A stretch of DNA of 64,000 nucleotides from Acidobacteriota bacterium (lineage in GTDB: Bacteria > Acidobacteriota > UBA6911 > RPQK01 > JBOGJG01): the NCBI GenBank assembly GCA_050747825.1, contig JBOGJG010000300.1, forward strand, positions 17,479-81,478, read 5' to 3'. Positions 8,569-17,582 of this stretch are shown here, one piece after another. Made by a program: the position numbers and the translations under genes. Under the pieces are notes generated by a model. It ran no database searches. It had not been told where the DNA came from and worked only from the letters and a program-made list of their open reading frames with translations. Numbering within the stretch: the stretch's first letter is position 1; the number at the start of each line of letters is the position of its first letter.

Positions 8569-10128
8569 TCAGGCCTCAGGCCTGCTCTGGCGCCGCCATA
8601 ATGAGATCAAAAGCGGTGTGAGCCACAGAAGGATACAGGTGACCCCCAGAAGACCTGCGATGGGGCGGCTAAAGAAGTCCAAAAAGGAATCCGATTTGAT
8701 CAGGCTTTGGATAAAAGTCTGCTCCAATTTGCCGCCTAGAATGATGCCCAGGACTACCGGACCCAGGGGCGTCCCATTCTCTTCCAGGATGAACCCCATC
8801 AGTCCCATAGCCAGCATAACCCATATATCGAAGTAGCTTCCGTTGATAGCGTAAGCCCCCACGATGCTGAAGAGCAAGATGGAAGGGATAAGAATTCGAC
8901 GGGGAATACGCACCAAAGAATAGCCGGCCTTGATGGCCAGAAAGCCAAGCGGCAAAAGGACGAGATTGGCCAGGATGAAGGTGATGTAGATGCCATAGAC
9001 CAGGACGGACTGAGTTTCGTCCGTAAATATTTGCGGGCCCGGTGTGATGTTCTTCATCAGCAGAACACCGATGACGATAGCTGTTATCGAGTCGCCGGGA
9101 ATTCCAAAGACCAGCGCCGGAACCCAGGCGCCGGCAAGAGCGGAATTGTTGGCGGCCGTGGAGTCTCCCATTCCCTCTGCCAGGCCTTCCTCGTATTTCT
9201 CAGACTTGCGGGAGAATCTCTTGGACACGGCAAATGAGATCCAGGCTGCAATATCGGCGCCTGCTCCCGGAAGAATACCGACGAGTGATCCGATGAGACT
9301 GGCGCCTAGCACGCTGGATTTCCGCCGCAACAGCAGGCGGACAGGCTCTATAAAAACGGATCCAAGGGGATCCAACAGAAGCCGCTTGAGCAGGCCCACT
9401 CCGGCGCGAGTTCTCCGCTGTTTGCCTTCCGTTACATCTGCCGCCATACTGCCCTGGCGCATCGAAATGACGTTTCTCAGGACTTCTGAGACGCCGAACA
9501 AACCAATCATGGCTGGAATGAAATTGATCCCGGCAATCAGGTCGTCCCTTCCAAACGTAAAGCGGGGCGTGCTGTGGATCTCGCTCAGCCCGACCGTGGA
9601 CAACAGCAATCCGATGACCAGGGACAGGGCGCCTTTCAGAAGCGAACCGCGAGACACTACGGCCGCGCAGCTCAGTCCCAGCAGCGTCAGCCAAAAATAT
9701 TCGTAGCTGGTGAATTCGAAGGCTATGCGGGCCAGCCAGGGCGCGGAAGTAATCAGAATGGCCGCCCCGATAAGTCCTCCGACAACACTGAACACCAGAG
9801 CCACGCCCAACGCCAACTCCTGACGTCCCATTCGCGTCAGGGCATAAGCATCGTCCACATAGGCCGCCGAAGAGGGCGTGCCCGGCATGCGTATCAGCGC
9901 GGTTGGAATATCGCCGGCGAAGATGGCGCACGCTTCCAGAGTGACGATGGCCGCCAGCGCAGTGATATCTGACAGGAAAAAAGTCAGCGGTATGATCAGG
10001 GCGACGGCCATCGTGGCTGTCAGACCGGGGATGGCCCCCATGAAAAGTCCGTAAGCCGCCGCAAGAACGATAGCCGCCAGAACGTGCCACTGAAAGACCT
10101 GCTCTAAGGCGGCAAGGAAAGCTTCGCT
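8569..10128 (-). CDS. tctA: Tripartite tricarboxylate transporter, large permease TctA
   Basis: Multi-TM protein with the characteristic TctA G-rich loops (GAIPGLTATMAVALIIP..., ...FGIPGDSITAIVIG...). The exact start is uncertain because the ORF overlaps the upstream gene. Confidence 0.8.
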   Translation of the reverse strand, partial: SEAFLAALEQVFQWHVLAAIVLAAAYGLFMGAIPGLTATMAVALIIPLTFFLSDITALAAIVTLEACAIFAGDIPTALIRMPGTPSSAAYVDDAYALTRMGRQELALGVALVFSVVGGLIGAAILITSAPWLARIAFEFTSYEYFWLTLLGLSCAAVVSRGSLLKGALSLVIGLLLSTVGLSEIHSTPRFTFGRDDLIAGINFIPAMIGLFGVSEVLRNVISMRQGSMAADVTEGKQRRTRAGVGLLKRLLLDPLGSVFIEPVRLLLRRKSSVLGASLIGSLVGILPGAGADIAAWISFAVSKRFSRKSEKYEEGLAEGMGDSTAANNSALAGAWVPALVFGIPGDSITAIVIGVLLMKNITPGPQIFTDETQSVLVYGIYITFILANLVLLPLGFLAIKAGYSLVRIPRRILIPSILLFSIVGAYAINGSYFDIWVMLAMGLMGFILEENGTPLGPVVLGIILGGKLEQTFIQSLIKSDSFLDFFSRPIAGLLGVTCILLWLTPLLISLWRRQSRPEA

Positions 10129-10132
10129 CAAG

Positions 10133-11512
10133 TTACCACCCCAGCAGTCCCCTGGGCAGCGGCACCTGTAAAATATTGCCAAAGAGTTGATAAACCGCGG
10201 GAACGAGCAGGACAGTCACGACTGCGCTGACCCACAGCCGGCTTCCCAGCCTCCACAGCAGCAGAAAGGCGATGGCGCTGGAGGTCAAAATGAAACCAAG
10301 GTTTTCAGCAAAGAATACGTACAGGGCGACAGCGAGGATGATGTCGAGGAAGTGCATGAGAGCGGTGAAGCGCACGCGGAGCCGCTCTCTTACAGTCGCG
10401 GCCCGGATAAACGGAGCCGCGACCGTAAGAAAGCGACCCCGCATGAGGCCCATAATTATGAGCGCCGCCAGCAATAGACTAAGAATGACAAAGAGCAGCC
10501 GGGGGAAGTCCATAGGCTGAAAGCGGCTGGAGCGAACGGTGGAAAATTCTTCGCTGGTCAGCAGAGTCCCCAGTTCCTCATCGAAGCGCTTGAGCATCTC
10601 TTGAGATTCCGCCGGCGGACGCCAGGACAGATTGAAGCCCTGGGCCGCCATAAACTGGGGAAAAGTCCTACCGTTCACCCGGCTGGATCCGCTCATGATG
10701 CGCTGCATAACCTCAACCAGCCGATTGAAAATGGTAATGGGTGTCCCCTTGGGGACGCCTAAGCCGCGCCAACCTCCCATCACCCAGTCGATTCCCTGCT
10801 CCCGGAAAGTTGGAACATCCGGAAATAAGCTCAGGCGCGTATCTGACATGACCCCCAGGGAACGGACTACTCCCCCCGAGAGCAAAGTCGTGGCCTCAGG
10901 AAGGCTGCAGGAAACCACATCGATTCCTCCACTGGCGAGTTCCTGAAGCGAGGGGCCGGCGCCGCCCATGGGAATCCAACGGATGTCGCCCGGATCCAAT
11001 CCAGCCGCTTTCAGCGATCCTGCCAGAGCCAGATGCCAGATCCCGCCGGCGGCAGTTCCGGAAGCGGTCAAGGTTCCCGGATTGGCTTGAACATCTTCCA
11101 GCAGCGAAGGGAGATCATTCCAGCGGCTGTCGTCGGACCTGACAAAGATGGCCGCCGGATCTTCGTTGAAGACCATGACCGGCCTAAAGTTCTGCCATGA
11201 GATTTCCGTCAGGTCGCGCCAGTGAAGCATATTGAGTTCCACGGTCATCGTGGTCAGCGTGTAGCCGTCGGCCCTGGCCTGCGCTCCGCGGCTGTGCCCG
11301 GTAACGCCCGCTCCGCCCGTAGCGTTGATAACATTGACGGGCACACCCAGCTCCTGCTCCAGAAAAACCGCAATTTGCCTGGATACCGTATCGGTTCCGC
11401 CGCCCACGGCCCAGGGGCAAATCAACAGAATAGGTCGGCTGGGATACTCATCGTTGGTCTGGCATGCTCCGAGCAGCAGCAAGATAGCTGCCAGTGAGAT
11501 CGATAATCGCAT
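10133..11512 (-). CDS. TctC (Bug-family periplasmic binding protein) fused to a TctB-like 4-TM small subunit
   Basis: The N-terminal 320 aa are lipoprotein-like: LLLLGACQ then PILLICPWAVGGGTDTVSRQIA, a Bug/TctC motif. The C-terminal 140 aa form four hydrophobic helices, as in TctB. The frame is continuous over 459 aa. Confidence 0.7.
   Translation of the reverse strand: MRLSISLAAILLLLGACQTNDEYPSRPILLICPWAVGGGTDTVSRQIAVFLEQELGVPVNVINATGGAGVTGHSRGAQARADGYTLTTMTVELNMLHWRDLTEISWQNFRPVMVFNEDPAAIFVRSDDSRWNDLPSLLEDVQANPGTLTASGTAAGGIWHLALAGSLKAAGLDPGDIRWIPMGGAGPSLQELASGGIDVVSCSLPEATTLLSGGVVRSLGVMSDTRLSLFPDVPTFREQGIDWVMGGWRGLGVPKGTPITIFNRLVEVMQRIMSGSSRVNGRTFPQFMAAQGFNLSWRPPAESQEMLKRFDEELGTLLTSEEFSTVRSSRFQPMDFPRLLFVILSLLLAALIIMGLMRGRFLTVAAPFIRAATVRERLRVRFTALMHFLDIILAVALYVFFAENLGFILTSSAIAFLLLWRLGSRLWVSAVVTVLLVPAVYQLFGNILQVPLPRGLLGW
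10381..10430. repeat. Family A palindromic repeat inserted in-frame in the TctB-like part of tctCB
   Basis: cttacagtcgcggcccggataaacggagccgcgaccgtaag. It encodes ...[18 protein letters not shown].... Confidence 0.55.
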
Positions 11513-11582
11513 TGAGTTTCAAGTTCCAAGTTTCAAGTTCCAAGCTCCAAGTTCCAAGTTGGAACTTGAAACTTGGAACTCG
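11512..11582. repeat. 70-bp near-perfect palindrome built from tandem 7-bp units (caagttc / caagttt)
   Basis: gagtttcaagttccaagtttcaagttccaagctccaagttccaagttggaacttgaaacttggaactc. It lies between the ferritin stop and the tctCB start. Confidence 0.7.
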
Positions 11583-11587
11583 CAAAA

Positions 11588-12085
11588 TCACTCCGCCAGC
11601 GTGCGGGCACCTAACTGATTGTCGAGGAGCAACAGAGCAGTGCCGTCCTGTTGGACGAGCTTCAGGCGTTCGACTATGTCGGTGGCGGTCTTCTCCTCTT
11701 CAACCTGCTCGCGAATGAACCACTGCAGCTCGATTTCAGTGGCGTGCTCTTTTTCCCTCAAGGCCAGTTCGTAGAGCTCATTGATCTTCTCGGTGACTTT
11801 CTGCTCGTGCCGTAGCGACTGTTCGAACATATCCAACATGGACTTGAAATCCGAAGGTGGCTTATCGATAGCGTGGAGAACCACGTGCGCTCCGCGGTTA
11901 CACATGTAATCCAGCAGCTTCAAGGCGTGTGCCAGCTCTTCCTGGCTCTGCAGGCGCATCCAGTGCGCAAATCCGCTCAGGTTCTGAGCTGCACACCAGG
12001 CTGACATGGATAGGTAAAGATAACTGGCGTAGTACTCGTCTTTAATTTGCTCGTTCAAAGCATCCTGGATTTTCTTGTCCAGCAT
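11588..12085 (-). CDS. ftn: Ferritin (non-haem, Ftn type)
   Basis: MLDKKIQDALNEQIKDEYYASYLYLSMSAW...E...H are ferroxidase-centre residues. The start is taken at the internal Met. Confidence 0.85.
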   Translation of the reverse strand: MLDKKIQDALNEQIKDEYYASYLYLSMSAWCAAQNLSGFAHWMRLQSQEELAHALKLLDYMCNRGAHVVLHAIDKPPSDFKSMLDMFEQSLRHEQKVTEKINELYELALREKEHATEIELQWFIREQVEEEKTATDIVERLKLVQQDGTALLLLDNQLGARTLAE

Positions 12086-12151
12086 TGATTGTCCTCCTGT
12101 CTTAAAGGGACCCTTCCCTCTTACGCGCGGCCACCCGCCACCCGACACCTA

Positions 12152-12979
12152 TTATCTCTTGCGCGCAGCGGCTGCAAATTCCCAGGCACGCGCGGGATCC
12201 ACCGGTTCCTCGACACGGCCGTCGTACTTGATCGCGGTTCCCACAATCACCCCCTCAGCAACCCGCCAGATTTTACCCACATTGGAAGCCGTCACGCCAC
12301 TACCTACGAAGAGGGGACGGTCGGGAACAGCTTCGCTTACAGTTTGAAGATCTTCCGCCGATGCCGCCTGTCCGGTAGCTGCTCCGGTGATGATCAGACC
12401 ATCAGCCAGGCCGCGGTAAGCGGTCTCCTGAGCTGCCTGAGCCAGGTCGAAATCGGCTGCCAGCGGAAAAGAGTGCTTTACGGCAATATCGGCCAGAAAT
12501 GCCACCTGAGGAGCGAGGGTCTGCCGCTCGCGAAGGCTTGCCGCGGCCTCTCCCGTAATCAGGCCCTGGTCAGTCAGGGCGGCGCCCGTATGAATGTTCA
12601 CCCGAACGAAGTCCAGCTCGGCTGCCGCAGCCACAGCCAGGGCGCCTCTGGCGTCATTGCGCAGAACATTCACGCCCGTGAGAAGCGGCCCTTCCGTAGA
12701 AAGTTCAGCGGCAATTCGCGCCATGCAGGTGAGCACGTAAGCAGGCGACGGACCGGACAGAAAAGGAGCGTCGCCAAAGTTTTCGATGATGTAAGCATCA
12801 AAGCCGGCTTCAGTGAGGGTCCTCACGTCGGCCCTGGCCCGGTCGATAATGGGCCCCAGCCCCTCCCCCTGATAGCGTGGACTTCCGGGAAGAGGCTGCA
12901 GATGCACTACGCCGATCAGGATTTTGCGCTCTCGGAGAACCTGAGTGAACTTGGAGGGGTCAGAGCCTGAATTTTTCAT
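12152..12979 (-). CDS. btpA: BtpA/SgcQ-family (PF03437) TIM-barrel protein
   Basis: ILIGVVHLQPLPGSPRY...GFDAYIIEN is the typical BtpA N-terminus. Confidence 0.7.
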   Translation of the reverse strand: MKNSGSDPSKFTQVLRERKILIGVVHLQPLPGSPRYQGEGLGPIIDRARADVRTLTEAGFDAYIIENFGDAPFLSGPSPAYVLTCMARIAAELSTEGPLLTGVNVLRNDARGALAVAAAAELDFVRVNIHTGAALTDQGLITGEAAASLRERQTLAPQVAFLADIAVKHSFPLAADFDLAQAAQETAYRGLADGLIITGAATGQAASAEDLQTVSEAVPDRPLFVGSGVTASNVGKIWRVAEGVIVGTAIKYDGRVEEPVDPARAWEFAAAARKR

Positions 12980-13044
12980 TTTGAGAGATGACTCAAGGGA
13001 GAAGAGTCGCAGACCAAGATTAAAAATTCAAGCTCTGAACCCGG

Positions 13045-15513
13045 TCACTTCCCCGCGCCGGCAAACGCCAGCGCCAGCAGCGTCGTCTGTTCCACAGCGT
13101 GGGCCTTGGCCGAACCGGTGGCCGGGCTGGCGCTGGCCGACCTTTTCACCGAGTGCACGCGACGTTCTCCAGCCAGCCGTTCCAATTTGGGAAACACGAA
13201 GGAAAGGGCGCCCATATTTGCCGGCTCTTCCTGTACCCAGAGCACTTCGGTGGCCTCGGCATGCCTTTGCAGCTCAGACCTGAGCTCCATCTCGGGAAAA
13301 GGATACATTTGGTCTATGAAAACAATAGCCGTGGACGTGTCCTGGCGCTGCGCCCGCTCGGCTCGCAGCTCATGTCCGATTTTGCCCGAACACACCAGCA
13401 CCCGGTTGGCATCCTTTATCTCTTCGTCCGGAATGACAGTCAGAAAGCGCTCACGCGAAAACTCCTCACGAGCGGATGTGGCTGCCGGATGCCGCAGCAT
13501 GCTCTTGGGTGTGAAGATTACCAGCGGTTTTCGCCATTTTCGCACAGCCTGCCGGCGCAACAGGTGGAAATACTGGGCGGCCGTTGATGGCTGACAAACC
13601 TGAATGTTGTCTTCAGCGGCGAGCTGAAGGAAGCGCTCGATGCGGGCGCTGGAGTGTTCCGGGCCCTGGCCCTCGTGGCCATGCGGCAAACACATCACCA
13701 CTCCGGAAAGCAGATCCCATTTGTCTTCGGCGGCGCTGATGAACTGGTCGATGATCACCTGGGCGCCGTTGGCAAAGTCTCCGAACTGGGCTTCCCAAAT
13801 GACCAGCGCATCGGGATAGTCCCGGCTGTAGCCGTATTCAAAACCGAGCACGGCGGCCTCCGAAAGCATGGAATCGTACACTTCGAAATTCGCCTGGTCT
13901 TCGTCCAGATGGCACAGAGGGATATACTCCTCCTCTGTCTCAATATCGATGAGGACCGAGTGGCGCTGGTTGAAGGTGCCGCGCCGGCTGTCCTGTCCGC
14001 TCAGGCGCACCGGCACACCCTGCAGCAAAAGCGAGCCGAAAGCCAGCGACTCTGACATTCCGAAATCGACGGGACGCTCTCCTCTGCCCATCTCCAGTCT
14101 GTGCTCCAGAAGTTTCTTGACCTTTGGATGGACGGCAAAATCCTCGGGGTAGCTGTTCAGCTTATCCGAGACCTCTTGCAGTTCCTCCTTGGAAATCCCC
14201 GTATTCACTTCATAAGAAGGATCGTAGCGACCGCCTTTAAAATCGGACCAGTAGGCCGGCAATTGGCGCAGCACCGGCATCTGATCGGTCTCTTTGGCCT
14301 TTCGTTGCCCCTCTTCGAATTCGGAGCGAATCTCTTCGAGAAGGTTCCCGGTCTGTGCGCCGATCTGTTCGGCATAGGATTCCCACAAAGCCGGCCGTTC
14401 TTTGATTTTCTGATAGAGAAGCGGCTGTGTAATGGTGGGGTCGTCTACTTCGCTGTGCCCGTGCTTACGGTATCCGATGAGATCGATGACCACATCGCTC
14501 TTAAACTCATAGCGGTACTCCAGGGCCAGGCGCCCCACGCGGACGACCGCGTCTGGCTCTTCTGCGTTGACGTGAAAAATCGGCACCGAGATCCTCTTGG
14601 CCACATCGGACGCAAAGCGCGAGGAGTGTAAATCCTGAGGTTCGGTCGTGAAACCGATCATATTGTTGACAATGACGTGGATGGCGCCGCCTACCGAATA
14701 GCCCCTCAATTCGGCAAAGTTGAGCGTTTCAGCCAGAATTCCCTGTCCGGCAAAGGCAGCATCTCCATGCAGCAGAATCGGCAAAATCTTAGCCTGACCA
14801 TCGTCGCCCAAATGCGCCTGCTTGGCGCGGACTCTGCCCAATGCCACCGGATCAACCGCCTCCAGGTGGCTGGGATTGGAGACGAGGTGTATGCGAATCT
14901 TTTGATTGTTGCGGGCGATGTAATCTCCCGTGGCGCCCAGATGGTACTTGACGTCTCCGCCACCCAGCACACTCTTAGGATTCACGTCTTCGAACCCGAC
15001 GAAGACTTCGTGCGGCCAGCGGCCCACAGTGTGAACCATCACGTTGAGCCTTCCGCGGTGGCTCATCGCCAGGACTACCTGCCGGCAGTCCCGCGTGGCC
15101 GCGCCTTCCAGCATCTCCTCCAGCAGCGGCAGGAGAGCGATGGCGCCTTCCAGCGAAAAACGCTTTGAACCGATATAGCGGGCCTGCAAAACCTGCTCGA
15201 AAAGCTCTCCCCGGATGAGGAGATCCAGGATGCGCTCGCGATCCGGCTGGCTCGGATCGCCCTCCATTTTTTCCTCAATCCAACGGCGGCGCTCGGGGCT
15301 GAGAATGTGCATGAACTCAACGCCGACTGGGCCGGAATAGAAGCGTCGGAAAGACTCAGCCACTTCGCCGCTGACGTCCAGATCCGGGTAAGACAACGGG
15401 GTCAGCCGCCCCAGAGGGTCCAGTTGGGCCTGCAGGTAACCCCACCTGCGAAAACTGTCCCGGATTTTCTCCTCTGTCCGGCTGCTAACCCTCTCGTCAG
15501 TCTCAAGCTTCAT
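13045..15513 (-). CDS. sucA: 2-oxoglutarate dehydrogenase E1 component
   Basis: ThDP-binding motifs are present (GDAAFAGQG, ...HGHSEVDDP..., ...LPHGHEGQGPEHSSAR). About 820 aa. Confidence 0.9.
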   Translation of the reverse strand: MKLETDERVSSRTEEKIRDSFRRWGYLQAQLDPLGRLTPLSYPDLDVSGEVAESFRRFYSGPVGVEFMHILSPERRRWIEEKMEGDPSQPDRERILDLLIRGELFEQVLQARYIGSKRFSLEGAIALLPLLEEMLEGAATRDCRQVVLAMSHRGRLNVMVHTVGRWPHEVFVGFEDVNPKSVLGGGDVKYHLGATGDYIARNNQKIRIHLVSNPSHLEAVDPVALGRVRAKQAHLGDDGQAKILPILLHGDAAFAGQGILAETLNFAELRGYSVGGAIHVIVNNMIGFTTEPQDLHSSRFASDVAKRISVPIFHVNAEEPDAVVRVGRLALEYRYEFKSDVVIDLIGYRKHGHSEVDDPTITQPLLYQKIKERPALWESYAEQIGAQTGNLLEEIRSEFEEGQRKAKETDQMPVLRQLPAYWSDFKGGRYDPSYEVNTGISKEELQEVSDKLNSYPEDFAVHPKVKKLLEHRLEMGRGERPVDFGMSESLAFGSLLLQGVPVRLSGQDSRRGTFNQRHSVLIDIETEEEYIPLCHLDEDQANFEVYDSMLSEAAVLGFEYGYSRDYPDALVIWEAQFGDFANGAQVIIDQFISAAEDKWDLLSGVVMCLPHGHEGQGPEHSSARIERFLQLAAEDNIQVCQPSTAAQYFHLLRRQAVRKWRKPLVIFTPKSMLRHPAATSAREEFSRERFLTVIPDEEIKDANRVLVCSGKIGHELRAERAQRQDTSTAIVFIDQMYPFPEMELRSELQRHAEATEVLWVQEEPANMGALSFVFPKLERLAGERRVHSVKRSASASPATGSAKAHAVEQTTLLALAFAGAGK

Positions 15514-15666
15514 CGTGTCCAAGTATACCGTGGAAGCCCTGTCTGTGCGCGGGTCAAAGAGGGTATCGCAACGGGCGCTCCCTACACATATTGACATTCA
15601 CAAGAGTTGCGCGATTATCTATAGAATAACCAAAGAATAACAAAGGAACAAAAGAACCAAGGAACT

Positions 15667-16764
15667 ATGAGAAAACTTTACATTACCTCGCTTCTCGTCC
15701 TGTTTCTCCTCGTCTTGACCGGTGTTGGGGAAACGGAAAAACGTCTACTTTACGTGGCTACGCCCGGAATTCGCAATTATCTGGAGTATGGGGGGCACGG
15801 CCTTTTGGTCTACGACATCGATCAGGGACATCAACTCCTGCGGCGGATCCCGATGGGTGGGCTGGATGAGAATGGGCGTCCCATGAATGTCAAAGGCATT
15901 TGCGCCAGCGCCAAGACGGGCCGCCTCTACGTGAGCACCATCAGGACGCTGATGTGCTTTGACCTGACCACCGACACAATGTTGTGGGAAAAAGAATATG
16001 AGGGAGGATGCGACCGGATGTCCATTTCTCCCGACGGAACGATCATTTATGTCCCTTCCTTTGAAAAGGACCATTGGAACGTGGTGGACGCGATTTCGGG
16101 GGATGTGATCGCGAAAGTGGTTCCGAAATCGCGCGCGCACAACACCATTTACGGTCCCGACGCCAGTGAAGTTTATATGGCGGGTCTGGGATCGCCGCTG
16201 CTCTCGGTGGCGGATACCGGCACTCACACCATCAAAAAACAGGTGGGACCCTTCAGCGCCAGCATCCGGCCGTTTACCATTAACGGAAGTCAAACTCTGT
16301 GCTTCGTCAACGTCAATGAGTTGCTAGGATTTGAGATAGGCGACTTGAAAACGGGCCAGAAGCTGCACCGGGTCGAAGTGCAGGGATACGAACAGGGTCC
16401 TGTCAAGCGGCATGGCTGCCCCAGCCACGGGATCGCGCTGACGCCCGGCGAGGAGGAAATTTGGCTCACTGACGCCGCCAACACCCGGCTCCACATTTTC
16501 GATGCCACCGTGATGCCTCCCCGGCAGATCACCTCCATCGAGGTTCGCGACCAGCCGGGATGGGTGACCTTCAGCATCGACGGAACCCTGGCCTACCCTT
16601 CAACAGGTGACGTAATCGACACCAAAACCCGAATAGTGGTCGCCACTCTGCAGGATGAAGACGGTCACGACGTGCAAAGCGAAAAGCTGCTCGAAGTCGA
16701 CTTCTCCGGCCCAAGGCCCATCCGCAGCGGCGACCAATTCGGCATCGGCGCAGGAGGAAATTGA
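15667..16764 (+). CDS. Secreted beta-propeller protein (YncE / YVTN-repeat-like)
   Basis: Signal peptide, then repeated ...LYV.. / ..DG..IYV beta-propeller blades. Confidence 0.45.
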   Translation: MRKLYITSLLVLFLLVLTGVGETEKRLLYVATPGIRNYLEYGGHGLLVYDIDQGHQLLRRIPMGGLDENGRPMNVKGICASAKTGRLYVSTIRTLMCFDLTTDTMLWEKEYEGGCDRMSISPDGTIIYVPSFEKDHWNVVDAISGDVIAKVVPKSRAHNTIYGPDASEVYMAGLGSPLLSVADTGTHTIKKQVGPFSASIRPFTINGSQTLCFVNVNELLGFEIGDLKTGQKLHRVEVQGYEQGPVKRHGCPSHGIALTPGEEEIWLTDAANTRLHIFDATVMPPRQITSIEVRDQPGWVTFSIDGTLAYPSTGDVIDTKTRIVVATLQDEDGHDVQSEKLLEVDFSGPRPIRSGDQFGIGAGGN

Positions 16765-16817
16765 GAGACGGTCACTTTTTTCCGGGGACCAAAAAAGGTG
16801 ACTGTCCCTCAATTTCC
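16758..16817. terminator. 60-bp perfect palindrome; bidirectional terminator between convergent genes
   Basis: ggaaattgagagacggtcacttttttccggggaccaaaaaaggtgactgtccctcaatttcc. It overlaps both stop codons. Confidence 0.6.
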
Positions 16818-17380
16818 ACGCGGAAGCGCCAGGGGAGGCTTTTCCAGGGGTCGGGAACGTTTTTGAGGCCCATTCGGGGGCTGGTGATTACGTTTTGGCC
16901 TGGGACCAGGCCATCGGCTTCAACGAACAAGCGGGATGAGTCGGCGCAAAGGTCGTGGCCGTCGAAACGGCGGTCGATGGCGAAAGCCCGGCACAGCTTG
17001 GCCGGTCCATCAGCTAGGACACTGAGGAGGTGGCCCTGGCGCCGCGCCTGCATCCTTTCCACCCCTTCCAGCGGAATTGCCGCCCGAATCAAGACTGCCG
17101 CCCCAAAGCCTTCCGGCTCGGTGACGAAATTGAGCATCCAGTGCATCCCATAGGTGAAGTAGACGTAGGCGTGTCCGGGCGGCCCCCACATAGAAGCGTT
17201 GCGCACGGTACGCCCGGCGCGGGCGTGGCATCCGAGATCGCCGGGACCTATGTAAGCTTCCGTTTCGACGATGATCCCCGAAAGCCGTGTTCCGTCATCT
17301 TCGATTCGCACCAGCCGGCTTCCCACCAGGTCTCGAGCCACTTTGAGCGTCGTCCGGTCAAAAAATTCACGCTTGAGCAT
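16772..17380 (-). CDS. mpg: DNA-3-methyladenine glycosylase (Mpg/AAG family)
   Basis: ...GIIVETEAYIGPGD...HA..G.T.RN..M.GPPGH.YVYFTYGMH... is a conserved AAG-family block. Confidence 0.8.
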   Translation of the reverse strand: MLKREFFDRTTLKVARDLVGSRLVRIEDDGTRLSGIIVETEAYIGPGDLGCHARAGRTVRNASMWGPPGHAYVYFTYGMHWMLNFVTEPEGFGAAVLIRAAIPLEGVERMQARRQGHLLSVLADGPAKLCRAFAIDRRFDGHDLCADSSRLFVEADGLVPGQNVITSPRMGLKNVPDPWKSLPWRFRVEIEGQSPFLVPGKK

Positions 17381-17582
17381 CAGGGGGTCACAGCCTGCTC
17401 TGGTTGGCTATCGGCAAGAGACTGCCCGGATTGCATCGGAAAAAGACATAGGGCCGACGTAAATGCCCACTGGCGGAGCTTTCTAAGCCAAAGAGGCCAC
17501 GTTTTCAACATCGATGTCTCTCTCTGTCGCTAGAATCTCCACGATCAGATTCCATTGAAATAGTATTGCTGCCTCTGAAATA

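Noticed and set aside
9200-10090. 296-aa minus-strand ORF, R/H/G-rich
   Set aside because: It is an alternative frame inside tctA. The tctA frame has the characteristic permease motifs.
14101-14631. Several 100-180-aa plus-strand ORFs within 13.0-15.6 kb
   Set aside because: They are antisense to sucA, a highly conserved ThDP enzyme.
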